From the sequence record SRR33789315_22: DNA of 33,438 bases; one strand, given 5' to 3'. A program made the position numbers and the translations under genes. Positions 8,941 to 18,887 of this stretch are shown here, piece after piece; the stretch's first letter is position 1; each line of letters opens with the position of its first letter. Under the pieces are notes generated by a model that worked only from the letters and a program-made list of their open reading frames with translations, made no database searches and had not been told where the DNA came from.

Positions 8941-9888
8941 TTATTGTACTAAAACTTTAGTAGAATGTGTGCCCTTATCGTCTTCATCAATTTGTACAAT
9001 ATAAAGGCCTTTTATGTAGTTACCCAAATCCGTTACACTATTGGAGACTATTTTTCCTTTAGATATCAATTGACCATTGATAGTATAAAGTCTATAATCA
9101 ACATTTTCACTACCAAGATTAACTGCGTGTAAAGTGTTATCTTCGGTATAGAAACTAAACTTTGATTTAGATGTTAACATCGTGTCTTCAATACCAAGCG
9201 TTAATGAAGAAGTAATATAAGTACCACCATTTATAGTTCCGTTAAATTCATTACCGGTCATATCTGTAGCAGATGATGCTTGATCATCAAAGTTCCAGTA
9301 TCCACGCAATTCTGGCTCAGAACCAGTAAGCTTTTTATTTTTATTGTCTTCAATTTCCTGAGCAGTTCTCTCTGTAGTCCATACCCTAACTTCATCAAAA
9401 TATCCTTGAATGGTTCTGTCATCTGTCGCAGCATCCCACCCAATATATATTCCAGAATCAAATGGCATCATATTAGGAGTACCTTCAACACTAGTTGCAA
9501 CTCCATTTAAGTAAATTGTCATTCCAGATGAGGTTACAACCCAAGCTACGTGATTCCACTCATTAAAGTTAACATTATTAGTTGCTATTGCATTAAGTCC
9601 ACTATTGCCAATTCCTCTGAATGTATTTGGATTTGTCCATTTGTCAAATTGAATTCCCCCGTTTGTTGATGCTCCTCTATAATAAAAAAGCCCTCCATAA
9701 TCATTTTTTGCAATAGGGTAAACCCAAGCTTCAATCGTTATAGGTAGACTCGAAATGTGGAGATCAGGTAGAGCTACGTTACTGTTGTTTCCGTTACTTC
9801 CCCCAGGAAGGCTCATTGCATAGTTTGTTTGAGCAAAACTAGTGATGCTCACAAACAATAAAAAAAAAGTAATTGTAATCGATTTCAT
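8941..9888 (-). CDS. Secreted LamG/ConA-like jelly-roll protein with T9SS CTD, no recognisable catalytic domain
   Basis: 315 aa with signal peptide; ITIEAWVYP, NEWNHVAWV, YLNG, GYFDEVRVW, LRGYWNFD; C-terminal YTINGQLI..GLYIVQI..TKVLV. Confidence 0.8.
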   Translation of the reverse strand: MKSITITFFLLFVSITSFAQTNYAMSLPGGSNGNNSNVALPDLHISSLPITIEAWVYPIAKNDYGGLFYYRGASTNGGIQFDKWTNPNTFRGIGNSGLNAIATNNVNFNEWNHVAWVVTSSGMTIYLNGVATSVEGTPNMMPFDSGIYIGWDAATDDRTIQGYFDEVRVWTTERTAQEIEDNKNKKLTGSEPELRGYWNFDDQASSATDMTGNEFNGTINGGTYITSSLTLGIEDTMLTSKSKFSFYTEDNTLHAVNLGSENVDYRLYTINGQLISKGKIVSNSVTDLGNYIKGLYIVQIDEDDKGTHSTKVLVQ

Positions 9889-10091
9889 AAATTTGATTTA
9901 TAAGTTACATAATAAAATATTAAAATACTAGGCTATTATTTATTTCCTCTAAAATATTATTTTTTTTTTATTCTATTGATGATTTTTGTAATGAATTTGT
10001 TTTTTTATTTGAAAAATCCTCCTTACTAATGGAAAAAAAGTATTATTCCTTTAAAAATGATATTATTTTTAGAAAAATGTTAAATTAAATG

Positions 10092-11264
10092 CTACGTCTG
10101 TTCTATCCAAGTAGCTTTATGCCAAAATTCTTCTAACGGACCCCGTTTATGGTTTTTTAACCACCACCAGCTAAAATATCCTAATAAAATGGCAAGAGCA
10201 ATCCCTATCATTAAGCTATACGTGGCACCAGTATATTGATATAAAGCTAATCCAAAGCCGTAATAAATGGTAGAACCTAGTATAGATTGAAAGATATAAT
10301 TTGACAGACTCATACGACCAATTGGAGAAAACACATTTAATTTCTTATTCCAAAAGTGAGTATGAAAAAGCAAGAAAAATAAAGAAACCAATATGAGCAT
10401 GAATGAGATATTTGACCAAGAGGTTTCAATGGTACTTAAAGGACGTCTAGTAGCTTCACTGGCTATTATAATATTCATGTTTTTTTGAATGGTAAATAAA
10501 ATAAGAAAAGCAACGACAGCTGCAAGCAGTGTTTTTTTCCAAAAGTTTTTACTAGTGTCTGACCATACAAAAAGCTTTCTTCTGCCTGCTAGCATACCCA
10601 ACATAAATAAAGCCAGAATATGAAAAAACCTTCCGTTTTCCCAGCTCCAGTATATAACAGCTGTTTTTCCGTTAGTCAAGTTGCCTATCAAAGTATTTAA
10701 AAATGAAGTGTTTTTTATGTATTCATCCATTTTTCCGAAGTAAGTCCATGAAACCGGATTGGGTACCGTTATATCTGGATGTTGTATCGCTTTAAATAAA
10801 TGAACCCATTCAAATGGCTGCAATAAAAATAGTACAGCACAAGCAAACACCCATTTATCACTTAGTTTAGCAAAAGGAATAAGAAAGAAACCTATAAAAG
10901 CATAAAGAGTAAGAATATCACCTTGATAAAACATAGAATTTAATATTCCGAAAGCAAATAGTAACAGCAGTCGCCACGTAAATCGCATCCTAAAATCTTT
11001 TCCTTTTTTCTCTTGATTATGAGATTGAATGTAAAAAGTAAGACCAAAAAGTAATGCAAAAATAGCATAGGATTTTCCGCCAAATAAGAAAAATAAACTG
11101 TCCCAAATTGAGGTGTCAAGTTGTATCATCCAAGCAGGAAGATTACTTGGTTTATAATAAACATCAAAATGTTCAATATTATGGAGAAGCATAATAGAAA
11201 CCAAAGCAAAACCACGTAAGGCATCAACAACATCAAGTCTATAAGTAGTTGGAGCTTTAGCCAT
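10092..11264 (-). CDS. DUF418 (YeiB-like) polytopic membrane protein
   Basis: RLDVVDALRGFAL, FALLFG, YQGDILTLYA, GRMSLSNYIFQS, RGPLEEFW motifs; many hydrophobic helices. Confidence 0.88.
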   Translation of the reverse strand: MAKAPTTYRLDVVDALRGFALVSIMLLHNIEHFDVYYKPSNLPAWMIQLDTSIWDSLFFLFGGKSYAIFALLFGLTFYIQSHNQEKKGKDFRMRFTWRLLLLFAFGILNSMFYQGDILTLYAFIGFFLIPFAKLSDKWVFACAVLFLLQPFEWVHLFKAIQHPDITVPNPVSWTYFGKMDEYIKNTSFLNTLIGNLTNGKTAVIYWSWENGRFFHILALFMLGMLAGRRKLFVWSDTSKNFWKKTLLAAVVAFLILFTIQKNMNIIIASEATRRPLSTIETSWSNISFMLILVSLFFLLFHTHFWNKKLNVFSPIGRMSLSNYIFQSILGSTIYYGFGLALYQYTGATYSLMIGIALAILLGYFSWWWLKNHKRGPLEEFWHKATWIEQT

Positions 11265-11288
11265 TTTTTTGCTTAAGGAGTGTTATAC

Positions 11289-13445
11289 TTATATCGGATT
11301 AATTCCTTTCACTGTAGGAATAACCTGAATAATAGCTCCCGTCTCATCAAAAGCTAATTTATCAATACAAACTTCGCGGTGAAAGCCAGCAGATCTTCCC
11401 ATAGTAATACCTTTTGGGCGTGTAAATCTGTGGTATACGATATACCAATCATCTGTTTCGGGTACATGCAATACCGAATTATGACCAGTGCCAAAGATTT
11501 TTTCACTTTCATTTTTAGTAATTACTTGATTATTTATTGGGATAGTAAGCGGGCCAGTTGGAGAAGTTGAAGTTGCATAGCGTACCCCATAATCTGGGTC
11601 GCGGGTGTCATTTTCAGACCATAAAAAATAATAAGTTCCGTCTTTAAAAAAAACTTCGGCACCTTCTCTAAAGGTATGGTCTGGCGTGATTAGCTTAGTA
11701 GTTCCCTCTTTAAGCGAAATCATATCTGCATTTAATTCGGCGACAGCCAAAAAACCATTCCCCCAATAGAGAAAAGTCTTTCCGCTTTGCGGATCTGTAA
11801 AAACATCAGGATCAATAACTTGACCGTTGTTAATGCCTTGAGGCAATTTTGACATTAATGGTGAACCTTTATCTATAAAAGGACCTGCAGGATCATCTGC
11901 CACGGCAACCCCTATTTGTTGCGCGCCTGTATAATAATAGAAATATTGATATTTACCATCTATCTTTTGCTCTACAATGGTAGGAGCCCAGGCATTACGG
12001 TCTGTCCAATTTACATCTTTGGGTAGGTCTAAAATAACACCTTCGTCTGTCCAGTCAACCAGATTTTTTGAAGAAAAGGTCTTGAAATAATTTCCGGACC
12101 AGTCATCAAAACCATCGCTGGTAGGATAAATGTAAAATTTCTTGTTTTTGTTGGAGTAAAGTATTTCAGGATCTGCATAATAACCTTCTAATACCGGGTT
12201 GTTTTGCACTTCTGCTGAGACAGAATATTTTTTTTCGATTCCTTCATAATTTAGGGTATAGGTAACCGGACCTGTTTCAAAATTTTGTGCGCCGTTTGGT
12301 GTGATTTCTGAAGAAAAGTTTGCAACAAATTCAGGAGCTAAGGTGCTTAAATCTGTACCTGATTTTACAGGTAAGGTCACCAAGTTTTGGTCTGCATCAA
12401 TAATTATATTATTTTTTTTAATTGCTGCTGCCGAAGCACTTATTATACTTGGGATGTCTGCAGAAGGAAATTCTTTTAATAGTCTGGCTGTTTCAGCTTG
12501 TGTAATGGGAATAACAGTACCGTGTCTGGGATTAAAATTGAAAGAAACTTGTTGGTCTATAACTTTAAAGTTTTCCAAATCATTACTTTCGGTAAATTGA
12601 TATTTTCCACTCATGTACATATCATACATCAAAATATAGGTATCTGAATCGATACGTTTAAAAACACCAGAACCTTCTACGGGACTATCAGTTTGATCTA
12701 CATTTCCCGCTTTGGACACATACCCGGAAGTGAGTTGGTCAGAAATAGCAACTTTAATCCCTTTATCGTTTTCACCTTCGGTTTTATAAAATAGGTGGTA
12801 TTTGCCATCTTTGGCTATAATGTCGCCATCTATACATGCTTTTTCATTCGGGCTAAAAAATAATTGTTTAGGTGCGTCTTCTAGTGCGGTAAAATCTGCA
12901 TTGGCATAAGCATAATAGATTTTATCATAGCTTCCCTTTTCAAGCATGGAGAAATAAATCATATACTTATCTGTTTTTTCGTCATAAATAGTCTGTGGAG
13001 CCCAAACTCGATATACGGTAGAAAAGTTGTTATACGTTTCAGGTATGTTGATGATTGAAGAAGTCCAGTTAACTAAATCTGTTGATTTTAAAAGGGTCAT
13101 TGCCTCGTTAGTCCATCCATTTTTTGAGAGTAAATCGGTTACAACCATATAAAAGGTCTTTCCGTCTTTTCCCCTTAAAATGTGTGGGTCACGCACGCCA
13201 CCTGTTTTACTTATAGCAGCAGTTGGAATAATGGGTTGATTGTCATTTAAAGCATAATACGTATATCCATCCTTGCTTATGGCATAGCGCACAGCCTCCT
13301 CACCGGGGCCGTTTCCCGTAAAATAAGCAAAGAGATAGGCTGCATAGGAAGGTTCTTTAACCTTAGAAGAACCACAAGAGAGTAATAAAAATGTAAAAAA
13401 CACACTTATAAAATTTTGAAAAAGGGATCTTGTTTTTAGGTTCAT
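11289..13445 (-). CDS. Lipoprotein with two tandem GH43 domains joined by an Ig-like module (putative arabinofuranosidase/galactofuranosidase)
   Basis: Lipobox LLSC. Domain 1: GVRDPHI, VWAPQ, IDGDI, VEGSG, PRHGTV. Domain 2: YADPEI, AWAP, IDPDVF, FREGA, GTGHNS. Confidence 0.88.
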   Translation of the reverse strand: MNLKTRSLFQNFISVFFTFLLLSCGSSKVKEPSYAAYLFAYFTGNGPGEEAVRYAISKDGYTYYALNDNQPIIPTAAISKTGGVRDPHILRGKDGKTFYMVVTDLLSKNGWTNEAMTLLKSTDLVNWTSSIINIPETYNNFSTVYRVWAPQTIYDEKTDKYMIYFSMLEKGSYDKIYYAYANADFTALEDAPKQLFFSPNEKACIDGDIIAKDGKYHLFYKTEGENDKGIKVAISDQLTSGYVSKAGNVDQTDSPVEGSGVFKRIDSDTYILMYDMYMSGKYQFTESNDLENFKVIDQQVSFNFNPRHGTVIPITQAETARLLKEFPSADIPSIISASAAAIKKNNIIIDADQNLVTLPVKSGTDLSTLAPEFVANFSSEITPNGAQNFETGPVTYTLNYEGIEKKYSVSAEVQNNPVLEGYYADPEILYSNKNKKFYIYPTSDGFDDWSGNYFKTFSSKNLVDWTDEGVILDLPKDVNWTDRNAWAPTIVEQKIDGKYQYFYYYTGAQQIGVAVADDPAGPFIDKGSPLMSKLPQGINNGQVIDPDVFTDPQSGKTFLYWGNGFLAVAELNADMISLKEGTTKLITPDHTFREGAEVFFKDGTYYFLWSENDTRDPDYGVRYATSTSPTGPLTIPINNQVITKNESEKIFGTGHNSVLHVPETDDWYIVYHRFTRPKGITMGRSAGFHREVCIDKLAFDETGAIIQVIPTVKGINPI

Positions 13446-13501
13446 TATTCTGATTTAAAGTTGATTATGGTATTTGATTAGAAAAGAATATTTTCAAATA
13501 A

Positions 13502-14644
13502 TTAGTTTTTGTCTAAATCCTCGAGTTTCCACGAGTCTTTCCATGCTAAAATAGGTTTATTATCTTTTATAGACAAAGGAAGCCAAATATAACGACCATC
13601 AATAGGTTTCCAAGGGCGCCAGCGGTCTGCCATAAAGATAAAAGCATTCTTTTTACCAGTTACAGGAAGGATATAGGTGCTTTGTGAGTGAAAGGTAAGG
13701 TCTGCATCTTTGCCTTGTGCGGGATTTCCTAAAGCGGTCCAAGGTCCTAAGATGTTTTTTGCCCTAAATGAGCGTGCTGCATTAGGATCCCAACCCGTTA
13801 ATCCCGAGGTAATCATATAATAATAACCATCTTGTTTAAAGATAGCGGGAGCTTCATTTTGACCTCCAGGATCCATACGTACCCATTTACCTGTAAAACC
13901 TAGATAATCTGGTGTGAGTTCTGAAATATGTAAAGTCTGATTTTCTTCTGAAGAATGAATGTGATAAGCTGTACCATCATCATCTACATAAATAGTCATA
14001 TCACGCGCCATTTGTCCTTTTTCAAAATCTCTCCGCACAAATAAGCCTTCTTTTACGGCTTTAGTCCAAGTGGGAGACCACCACTCTGTAGGCTCCCCAC
14101 CCGCAGGTGCAGTTTTCCATGCTTCGTTAAAATCTAAGGGCCATTCACCTGCATTAGGTCTATAAGATTTTAGGTATTGAAATGGTCCCGTAGGGGTATC
14201 ACTTATGGCCACTCCTGTTCTGGCAGCAGCATAGCCTTTACCTTTTAGCTCTAAGTGAAACCACATGACATATTTTTCAGTTTTTTTATTATAGATTACT
14301 TTAGGGCGTTCCATCACACAGCCACTTGTGATTTCTGAATCGGTTTTAGGTGATACGGCAAGAGCTACTCCTTCATTCTTCCAATTGTATAAATCTGTAG
14401 AGGAATAGACACGTAGCCCAACTTGAGCCGAATTGTTTTGGCCTTTATGCTCTCCATACCAATAATAAATTCCATTTTCATACAGCATACCACCGCCATG
14501 CGCATTGATATGAGTGCCATCTGTATCTTTCCAAATTTCACCCGGATGAAAAGTTGAGTTAGTTTGTGCTGTTAAATTAAAAATAGTAGAACAGCAAAAA
14601 AGGATTAGGAAGCTGTAGGTTTTTGATAGAAATTGAAGTTTCAT
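13502..14644 (-). CDS. GH43 subfamily 24 putative exo-beta-1,3-galactanase
   Basis: INAHGGG, YYWYGE, MERPKVIYN..YVMWFH, ARDMT, NEAPA, FHSQSTY (Gln base typical of GH43_24), MADRW, YIWLP; signal peptide. Confidence 0.88.
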   Translation of the reverse strand: MKLQFLSKTYSFLILFCCSTIFNLTAQTNSTFHPGEIWKDTDGTHINAHGGGMLYENGIYYWYGEHKGQNNSAQVGLRVYSSTDLYNWKNEGVALAVSPKTDSEITSGCVMERPKVIYNKKTEKYVMWFHLELKGKGYAAARTGVAISDTPTGPFQYLKSYRPNAGEWPLDFNEAWKTAPAGGEPTEWWSPTWTKAVKEGLFVRRDFEKGQMARDMTIYVDDDGTAYHIHSSEENQTLHISELTPDYLGFTGKWVRMDPGGQNEAPAIFKQDGYYYMITSGLTGWDPNAARSFRAKNILGPWTALGNPAQGKDADLTFHSQSTYILPVTGKKNAFIFMADRWRPWKPIDGRYIWLPLSIKDNKPILAWKDSWKLEDLDKN

Positions 14645-14646
14645 TA

Positions 14647-15639
14647 TTAGTTAGTATTAAGTGTGTTTAGTGTTTCTTGCAGGTAATTTTTAAAGCTGCT
14701 TTCATCTTTAATTCCACCGAGTTCTTTATCCCAAGCGGCAAGAAAATAGTAAGTAAGGGTAGCGGTACTGGGTTTAAAAACAACGAGGTGATCATCTTTT
14801 GCGTCAAAAACATCTTGTTTTTCAGCAGTTTTATAAAAAATAGCCATTCCTAAAAGATCCTCTTTTCCTGCAATAGTCTGCTTGCCATAGGTTGCAACAT
14901 AGTTCCAAGTTGCGGTAGAATCGTTTGATGTAATTGATGGAAGCCAATCAAATTTTACAATTCCGGTACATAAACTAACTGCATTTGATGACGGTGTAAG
15001 TGTGACTTGCGTTAATCGATCTTCGGGTAAAATACTTAGTTCAGATTTAAGGTTTATCGTATCCTTACCCACAGCCCAATTTTCGTAAGAAATTAAAACC
15101 GAAGCTTTTTCTTCTGTATTCTCAATGTGTAATTCGGTTTTTTTGACCGAATTAAAATGCACTACTTCGTCATTTACATAGGCGCCAAATCCGCCTATTC
15201 CTAAAGAGTTTCCGGCTTTAAGGATATCTTGACCCCAAGGAGCCTCATTATGGTAGGAATCATAACCATCTCTTCCCACATAAGGTAATACGATGCTGTC
15301 CACTTTTTTTCCGAAGATATCAATTGCATTACGCCAATCCAGATAAAGGCGATATGCGACATTTTTGTTTTCCCAACCGGGACCTTCATAGCGGATGAAA
15401 TCAGAATGATCTGTATGTTGCTCAGGAAGTACAAGAAAATCTGTAGGAGTAAATTTTCCAGCTATGTATTTTTGGCCCTGCCAAGACCCACCTTCTTTTA
15501 CCGAAATTTCGGCATAAGCATAGTCAGAAGATACTTCTGTGGTCTCCATTTCACCTGTAGTATCATTTTGAGATTTAATAGGTTGTTTACATGAAACCGT
15601 TAAGGCAAAAATCATGAGGAAGTAATTCAATTTTTTCAT
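14647..15639 (-). CDS. DUF4861-family lipoprotein
   Basis: Lipobox TVSC; RYEGPGWEN..AYRLYLD..IDIFGK, YH...WGQDILKAGNSLGIGG, YYFLAAWDKE. Confidence 0.8.
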   Translation of the reverse strand: MKKLNYFLMIFALTVSCKQPIKSQNDTTGEMETTEVSSDYAYAEISVKEGGSWQGQKYIAGKFTPTDFLVLPEQHTDHSDFIRYEGPGWENKNVAYRLYLDWRNAIDIFGKKVDSIVLPYVGRDGYDSYHNEAPWGQDILKAGNSLGIGGFGAYVNDEVVHFNSVKKTELHIENTEEKASVLISYENWAVGKDTINLKSELSILPEDRLTQVTLTPSSNAVSLCTGIVKFDWLPSITSNDSTATWNYVATYGKQTIAGKEDLLGMAIFYKTAEKQDVFDAKDDHLVVFKPSTATLTYYFLAAWDKELGGIKDESSFKNYLQETLNTLNTN

Positions 15640-15684
15640 CAGGGGTATAAGTTTTTATGCTAAATTAACACTAATTATATTTTT

Positions 15685-15698
15685 TGGAATCGATTACA
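15685..15698. promoter_or_regulatory. LacI-family operator (1 mismatch to palindrome)
   Basis: TGGAATCGATTACA, 46 bp upstream of the DUF4861 start, between the operon and the divergent LacI gene; matches 18645-18658 at 13/14. Confidence 0.75.
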
Positions 15699-15860
15699 CT
15701 AATTTATAAAAACCCATTTTATTAAAAGTTCTTTTTTTGATAAAAAATTTGTAGTATTCCAATTTAAGTGAAGATTCTTTATAGGCTTTAAAAATTGATA
15801 TAAGAAGTAGGAGCGTTGTAAAGATTGTATTTTGTCTAAAAGCATCAAAATAATATAGGT

Positions 15861-15868
15861 TAAATTTG
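15861..15868 (+). promoter_or_regulatory. Bacteroidota sigma70 -7 box for the LacI gene
   Basis: TAAATTTG fits TAnnTTTG, 70 bp upstream of ATG 15938. Confidence 0.5.
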
Positions 15869-15937
15869 TCAATGCATATTTGTGATGTAGTGTTAAAGCA
15901 TTCTAACTACAAGCAGTGCGTATATAAATCATCAATA

Positions 15938-16963
15938 ATGGAGCAGAAAGGTAAGATTACCATCTATGATATTTCCAAAAAACTAAATTTAAGTACAGCA
16001 ACCATATCAAGGGCGCTCAACAATAGCCCTAAAATTAAAACTGCTACAAAAGAACTGGTTTTAAAGGCCGTAAAGGAGATGAATTACAATCAAAACCGAC
16101 TGGCTTTAGCTTTAAAAAGCGGGCAAAGTAAGGTTGTAGGAGTGATTGTTCCGTTTATAGATCGTGCTTTTTTTTCGTCGGTTATACGCGGTATAGAGGA
16201 AGAGCTTACACCATTGGGTTTTCATGTAGTTATTTGCCAAACTCATGAAAATATGGATAGTGAGATTAAACATATCCATGCGTTACTGGATGCACAAGTT
16301 GATGGGATTTTCATCTCGGTCTCAAAAACAACTACTCATGATTTTCATTTTAATGAAATTTTAGATCGAGGAAAGCCCTTAGTTTTTTTTGATAGAAAGA
16401 TGCACGTTGCTGGAACCAGTTCTGTAACTATTGATGATTTTCAAGGTGCTTTTAATGCAACAGAACATCTTATTAAACAAGGTTGTAAACGGATTGCACA
16501 TTTTTGTGGAGATCAAAATCTGGAGATATACCAAAATAGATTAGGAGGTTATTTAGCCGCCCTTAAACAGTATAATCTAGAAATAGATAAAGAGAAATAC
16601 ATTATTTCAACCAGCAGTACTGCAGAATCTGGGGTGGCTGCATTGCAACAATTATGGGAACTACCAGAAAAACCAGATGCCTTATTTTCTGCTAGTGATT
16701 ATACCTTAATAGGTGCGGTACAAGAACTAAGAAGGATGGGTATTAAAATTCCTGAAGAAGTGGCTGTAGTAGGATTTAGTAATGAGCCTTTTACTAAATA
16801 TTTAGAGCTACCTATAAGTTCTGTAGACCAAACGCCGTTAGCTATGGGTAAAGCAGCTGCACAGGTTTTTATAAATAAAATCAAAAATGAAGAACCTCTA
16901 AAACAAGAGAATAATATTGTATTACCTCCTGAATTGTATATTAGAGAATCTTCGGTTAAGTAG
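15938..16963 (+). CDS. LacI-family transcriptional regulator
   Basis: HTH ITIYDISKKLNLSTATISRALN then periplasmic-binding-protein fold (VDGIFIS, PLVFFDR, VAVVGFSN, IRESS). Start moved from TTG 15866 to ATG 15938 because the TTG overlaps the -7 box and the HTH begins after 15938. Confidence 0.93.
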   Translation: MEQKGKITIYDISKKLNLSTATISRALNNSPKIKTATKELVLKAVKEMNYNQNRLALALKSGQSKVVGVIVPFIDRAFFSSVIRGIEEELTPLGFHVVICQTHENMDSEIKHIHALLDAQVDGIFISVSKTTTHDFHFNEILDRGKPLVFFDRKMHVAGTSSVTIDDFQGAFNATEHLIKQGCKRIAHFCGDQNLEIYQNRLGGYLAALKQYNLEIDKEKYIISTSSTAESGVAALQQLWELPEKPDALFSASDYTLIGAVQELRRMGIKIPEEVAVVGFSNEPFTKYLELPISSVDQTPLAMGKAAAQVFINKIKNEEPLKQENNIVLPPELYIRESSVK

Positions 16964-16991
16964 CTCTTAAAGAAAATTATTGTAGTTTAAA

Positions 16992-17777
16992 CTAAACCTC
17001 ATTCATGGGTTTTCCAATTGTGGCCAGAATACCACCATCTACATAAATTATTTGACCATTAATAAAATTACTGGCCTCTGAAGCCAGAAAGACAGCCGTA
17101 CCGGCAAGGTCTTTAGGATCGCCCCATCTGCCTTCTGGAGTGCGATTAATAATAAACTCGTTAAACGGATTTCCTGCTACCCGAATAGGTTCGGTTTGTG
17201 AGGTTGCAAAATAGCCAGGACCTATTCCATTTACCTGAATATTATGTTTAGCCCATTCTGTAGCGAGATTTCTGGTAAGCATTTTGAGTCCGCCTTTTGC
17301 AGCTGCATAAGCACTAACATTATTTCTTCCCAGTTCGCTCATCATAGAGCAAATATTGATGATTTTACCAGATCGGCGTTTAATCATACTTTTTGCAATA
17401 AGTTGAGACATGATAAATGGTCCAACAAGATCTACGTCTATCACTTTTCTAAAGTCTGATACAGCCATATCTATGGCCAATTCACGTTTAATAATTCCGG
17501 CATTATTAATTAAAATATCAATATGCCCGTGTATTGATTCCATTTCGGCAACTTTTTCAGCAGCTTTTATTTCATCAGTAACATCAAAGATGTATCCGGA
17601 CGCCAGATATCCTTGTTCGTGATAATATTCTAATGCGTTTCCCAGTTTAACGGGTGTTGTACTGGTAACTATAAGTTCGGCACCAGCTTGTGCAAGTCCT
17701 TCTGCCATAGCCATTCCTAGACCATGGGTTGCACCTGTTATTAAGGCTTTTTTGCCTTTTAGATTAAATAAATTCAT
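16992..17777 (-). CDS. kduD: SDR oxidoreductase, 2-dehydro-3-deoxy-D-gluconate 5-dehydrogenase (often annotated gluconate 5-dehydrogenase)
   Basis: TGATHGLG, NNAG, YAAAK, NGIGPGY, RWGDP; 7 bp downstream of kduI. Confidence 0.85.
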   Translation of the reverse strand: MNLFNLKGKKALITGATHGLGMAMAEGLAQAGAELIVTSTTPVKLGNALEYYHEQGYLASGYIFDVTDEIKAAEKVAEMESIHGHIDILINNAGIIKRELAIDMAVSDFRKVIDVDLVGPFIMSQLIAKSMIKRRSGKIINICSMMSELGRNNVSAYAAAKGGLKMLTRNLATEWAKHNIQVNGIGPGYFATSQTEPIRVAGNPFNEFIINRTPEGRWGDPKDLAGTAVFLASEASNFINGQIIYVDGGILATIGKPMNEV

Positions 17778-17784
17778 GTACTAA

Positions 17785-18621
17785 TTATCTAAGATCATTA
17801 GGTAATACCCCATCCATATCGCCGTAGTCCAGATTTTCACCCGCCATACCCCATATAAAGGTATAATTTGATGTACCTGCTCCAGCGTGAATAGACCATT
17901 CTGGCGAAAGAACTGCTTGAAGATTTTCCATAAAAACATGTCTTGTCTCCTGTGGTTGACCCATAAAATGACTTACAGTCTGACCTTCTTCTAAATCAAA
18001 GTAGAAGTAGGCTTCCATACGTCGGTTATGGGTATGAGGCGGCATGGTGTTCCATACATTTCCTTCAACAAGTTCTGTCATTCCCATCTGTAATTGACAG
18101 GTTTCAACAATACTATTTACAATTAATTTATTTAGAATTCTTTTATTGGCATACTTAGAATCTCCTAATTGGATTACCTCAGCATCTGCTTTTCCAACCT
18201 TTTTAATAGGAAAAGATTGATGAGCTGGTGCAGAATTAATATAAAAATAGGGTTGCTCTTCTTCAGATTTATGAAAAAGAACTTCTTTGTTACCCATCCC
18301 AATATATAAGGCTTCTTTGTTAAGTAGTTCATAGGATACGCCATCTACAGTGACGATTCCTGCCCCACCCACATTTATAATACCTATTTCGCGGCGATCT
18401 AAAAAGTTTTCAGACTTTAACGCATCAATGGTTTCTAGTTTTAACGGCTTATCTACTGGCAATGCACCACCCACAATAAAACGGTCGTACATAGAATAGG
18501 TAAGGTTTATTTCATCTTTTTGAAACAGGGTCTCTATTAAAAAATGGTCTCTTAATTTTTGGGTAGTATAGTGCTTGACATCATCAGGATGATGTGCATA
18601 ACGAAAGTCAGATTTGGTCAT
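17785..18621 (-). CDS. kduI: 4-deoxy-L-threo-5-hexosulose-uronate ketol-isomerase
   Basis: FLDRREIGIINVGG, TCQLQMGMT, WNTMPPHTHNRRMEAYFYF, SPEWSIHAG, FIWGMAGENLDYGDMD. Confidence 0.96.
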   Translation of the reverse strand: MTKSDFRYAHHPDDVKHYTTQKLRDHFLIETLFQKDEINLTYSMYDRFIVGGALPVDKPLKLETIDALKSENFLDRREIGIINVGGAGIVTVDGVSYELLNKEALYIGMGNKEVLFHKSEEEQPYFYINSAPAHQSFPIKKVGKADAEVIQLGDSKYANKRILNKLIVNSIVETCQLQMGMTELVEGNVWNTMPPHTHNRRMEAYFYFDLEEGQTVSHFMGQPQETRHVFMENLQAVLSPEWSIHAGAGTSNYTFIWGMAGENLDYGDMDGVLPNDLR

Positions 18622-18644
18622 TATGAAATCGTTTTATATTTTAA

Positions 18645-18666
18645 TGTAATCGATTACACGAATATA
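18645..18666 (-). promoter_or_regulatory. Perfect LacI operator TGTAATCGATTACA abutting a -7 box of the kduI promoter
   Basis: 14 bp perfect palindrome 18645-18658; minus strand TATATTCG (18666-18659, 1 mismatch to TAnnTTTG) lies immediately 5' of it. Confidence 0.8.
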
Positions 18667-18887
18667 GATTTTTTTTTTAATATTGATGTTATATTAATGT
18701 TTAAAGATAAATTTGAATGTTATTTTTTTCAAAATGATAAATAATAAGCCCTAATTATATCTTTTTTTAATGTTAATGCAACAGTATGTATTAAATAATT
18801 TAACAAGGAAGAAGCTTTATTGTTTTTGGTTAAATGACAGAACATTTTTTTGAATCTTAAAAATTTACCCACTAAATCTTGTGCATA

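Noticed and set aside
14030-14160. Trp-rich insertion in the GH43_24 enzyme
   Set aside because: I recall a similar insertion in Bacteroidota GH43_24 homologues, so it is not unusual.
18559-18744. 61 aa ORF across the kduI promoter
   Set aside because: Overlaps the kduI start, operator and a poly-T tract; low complexity.
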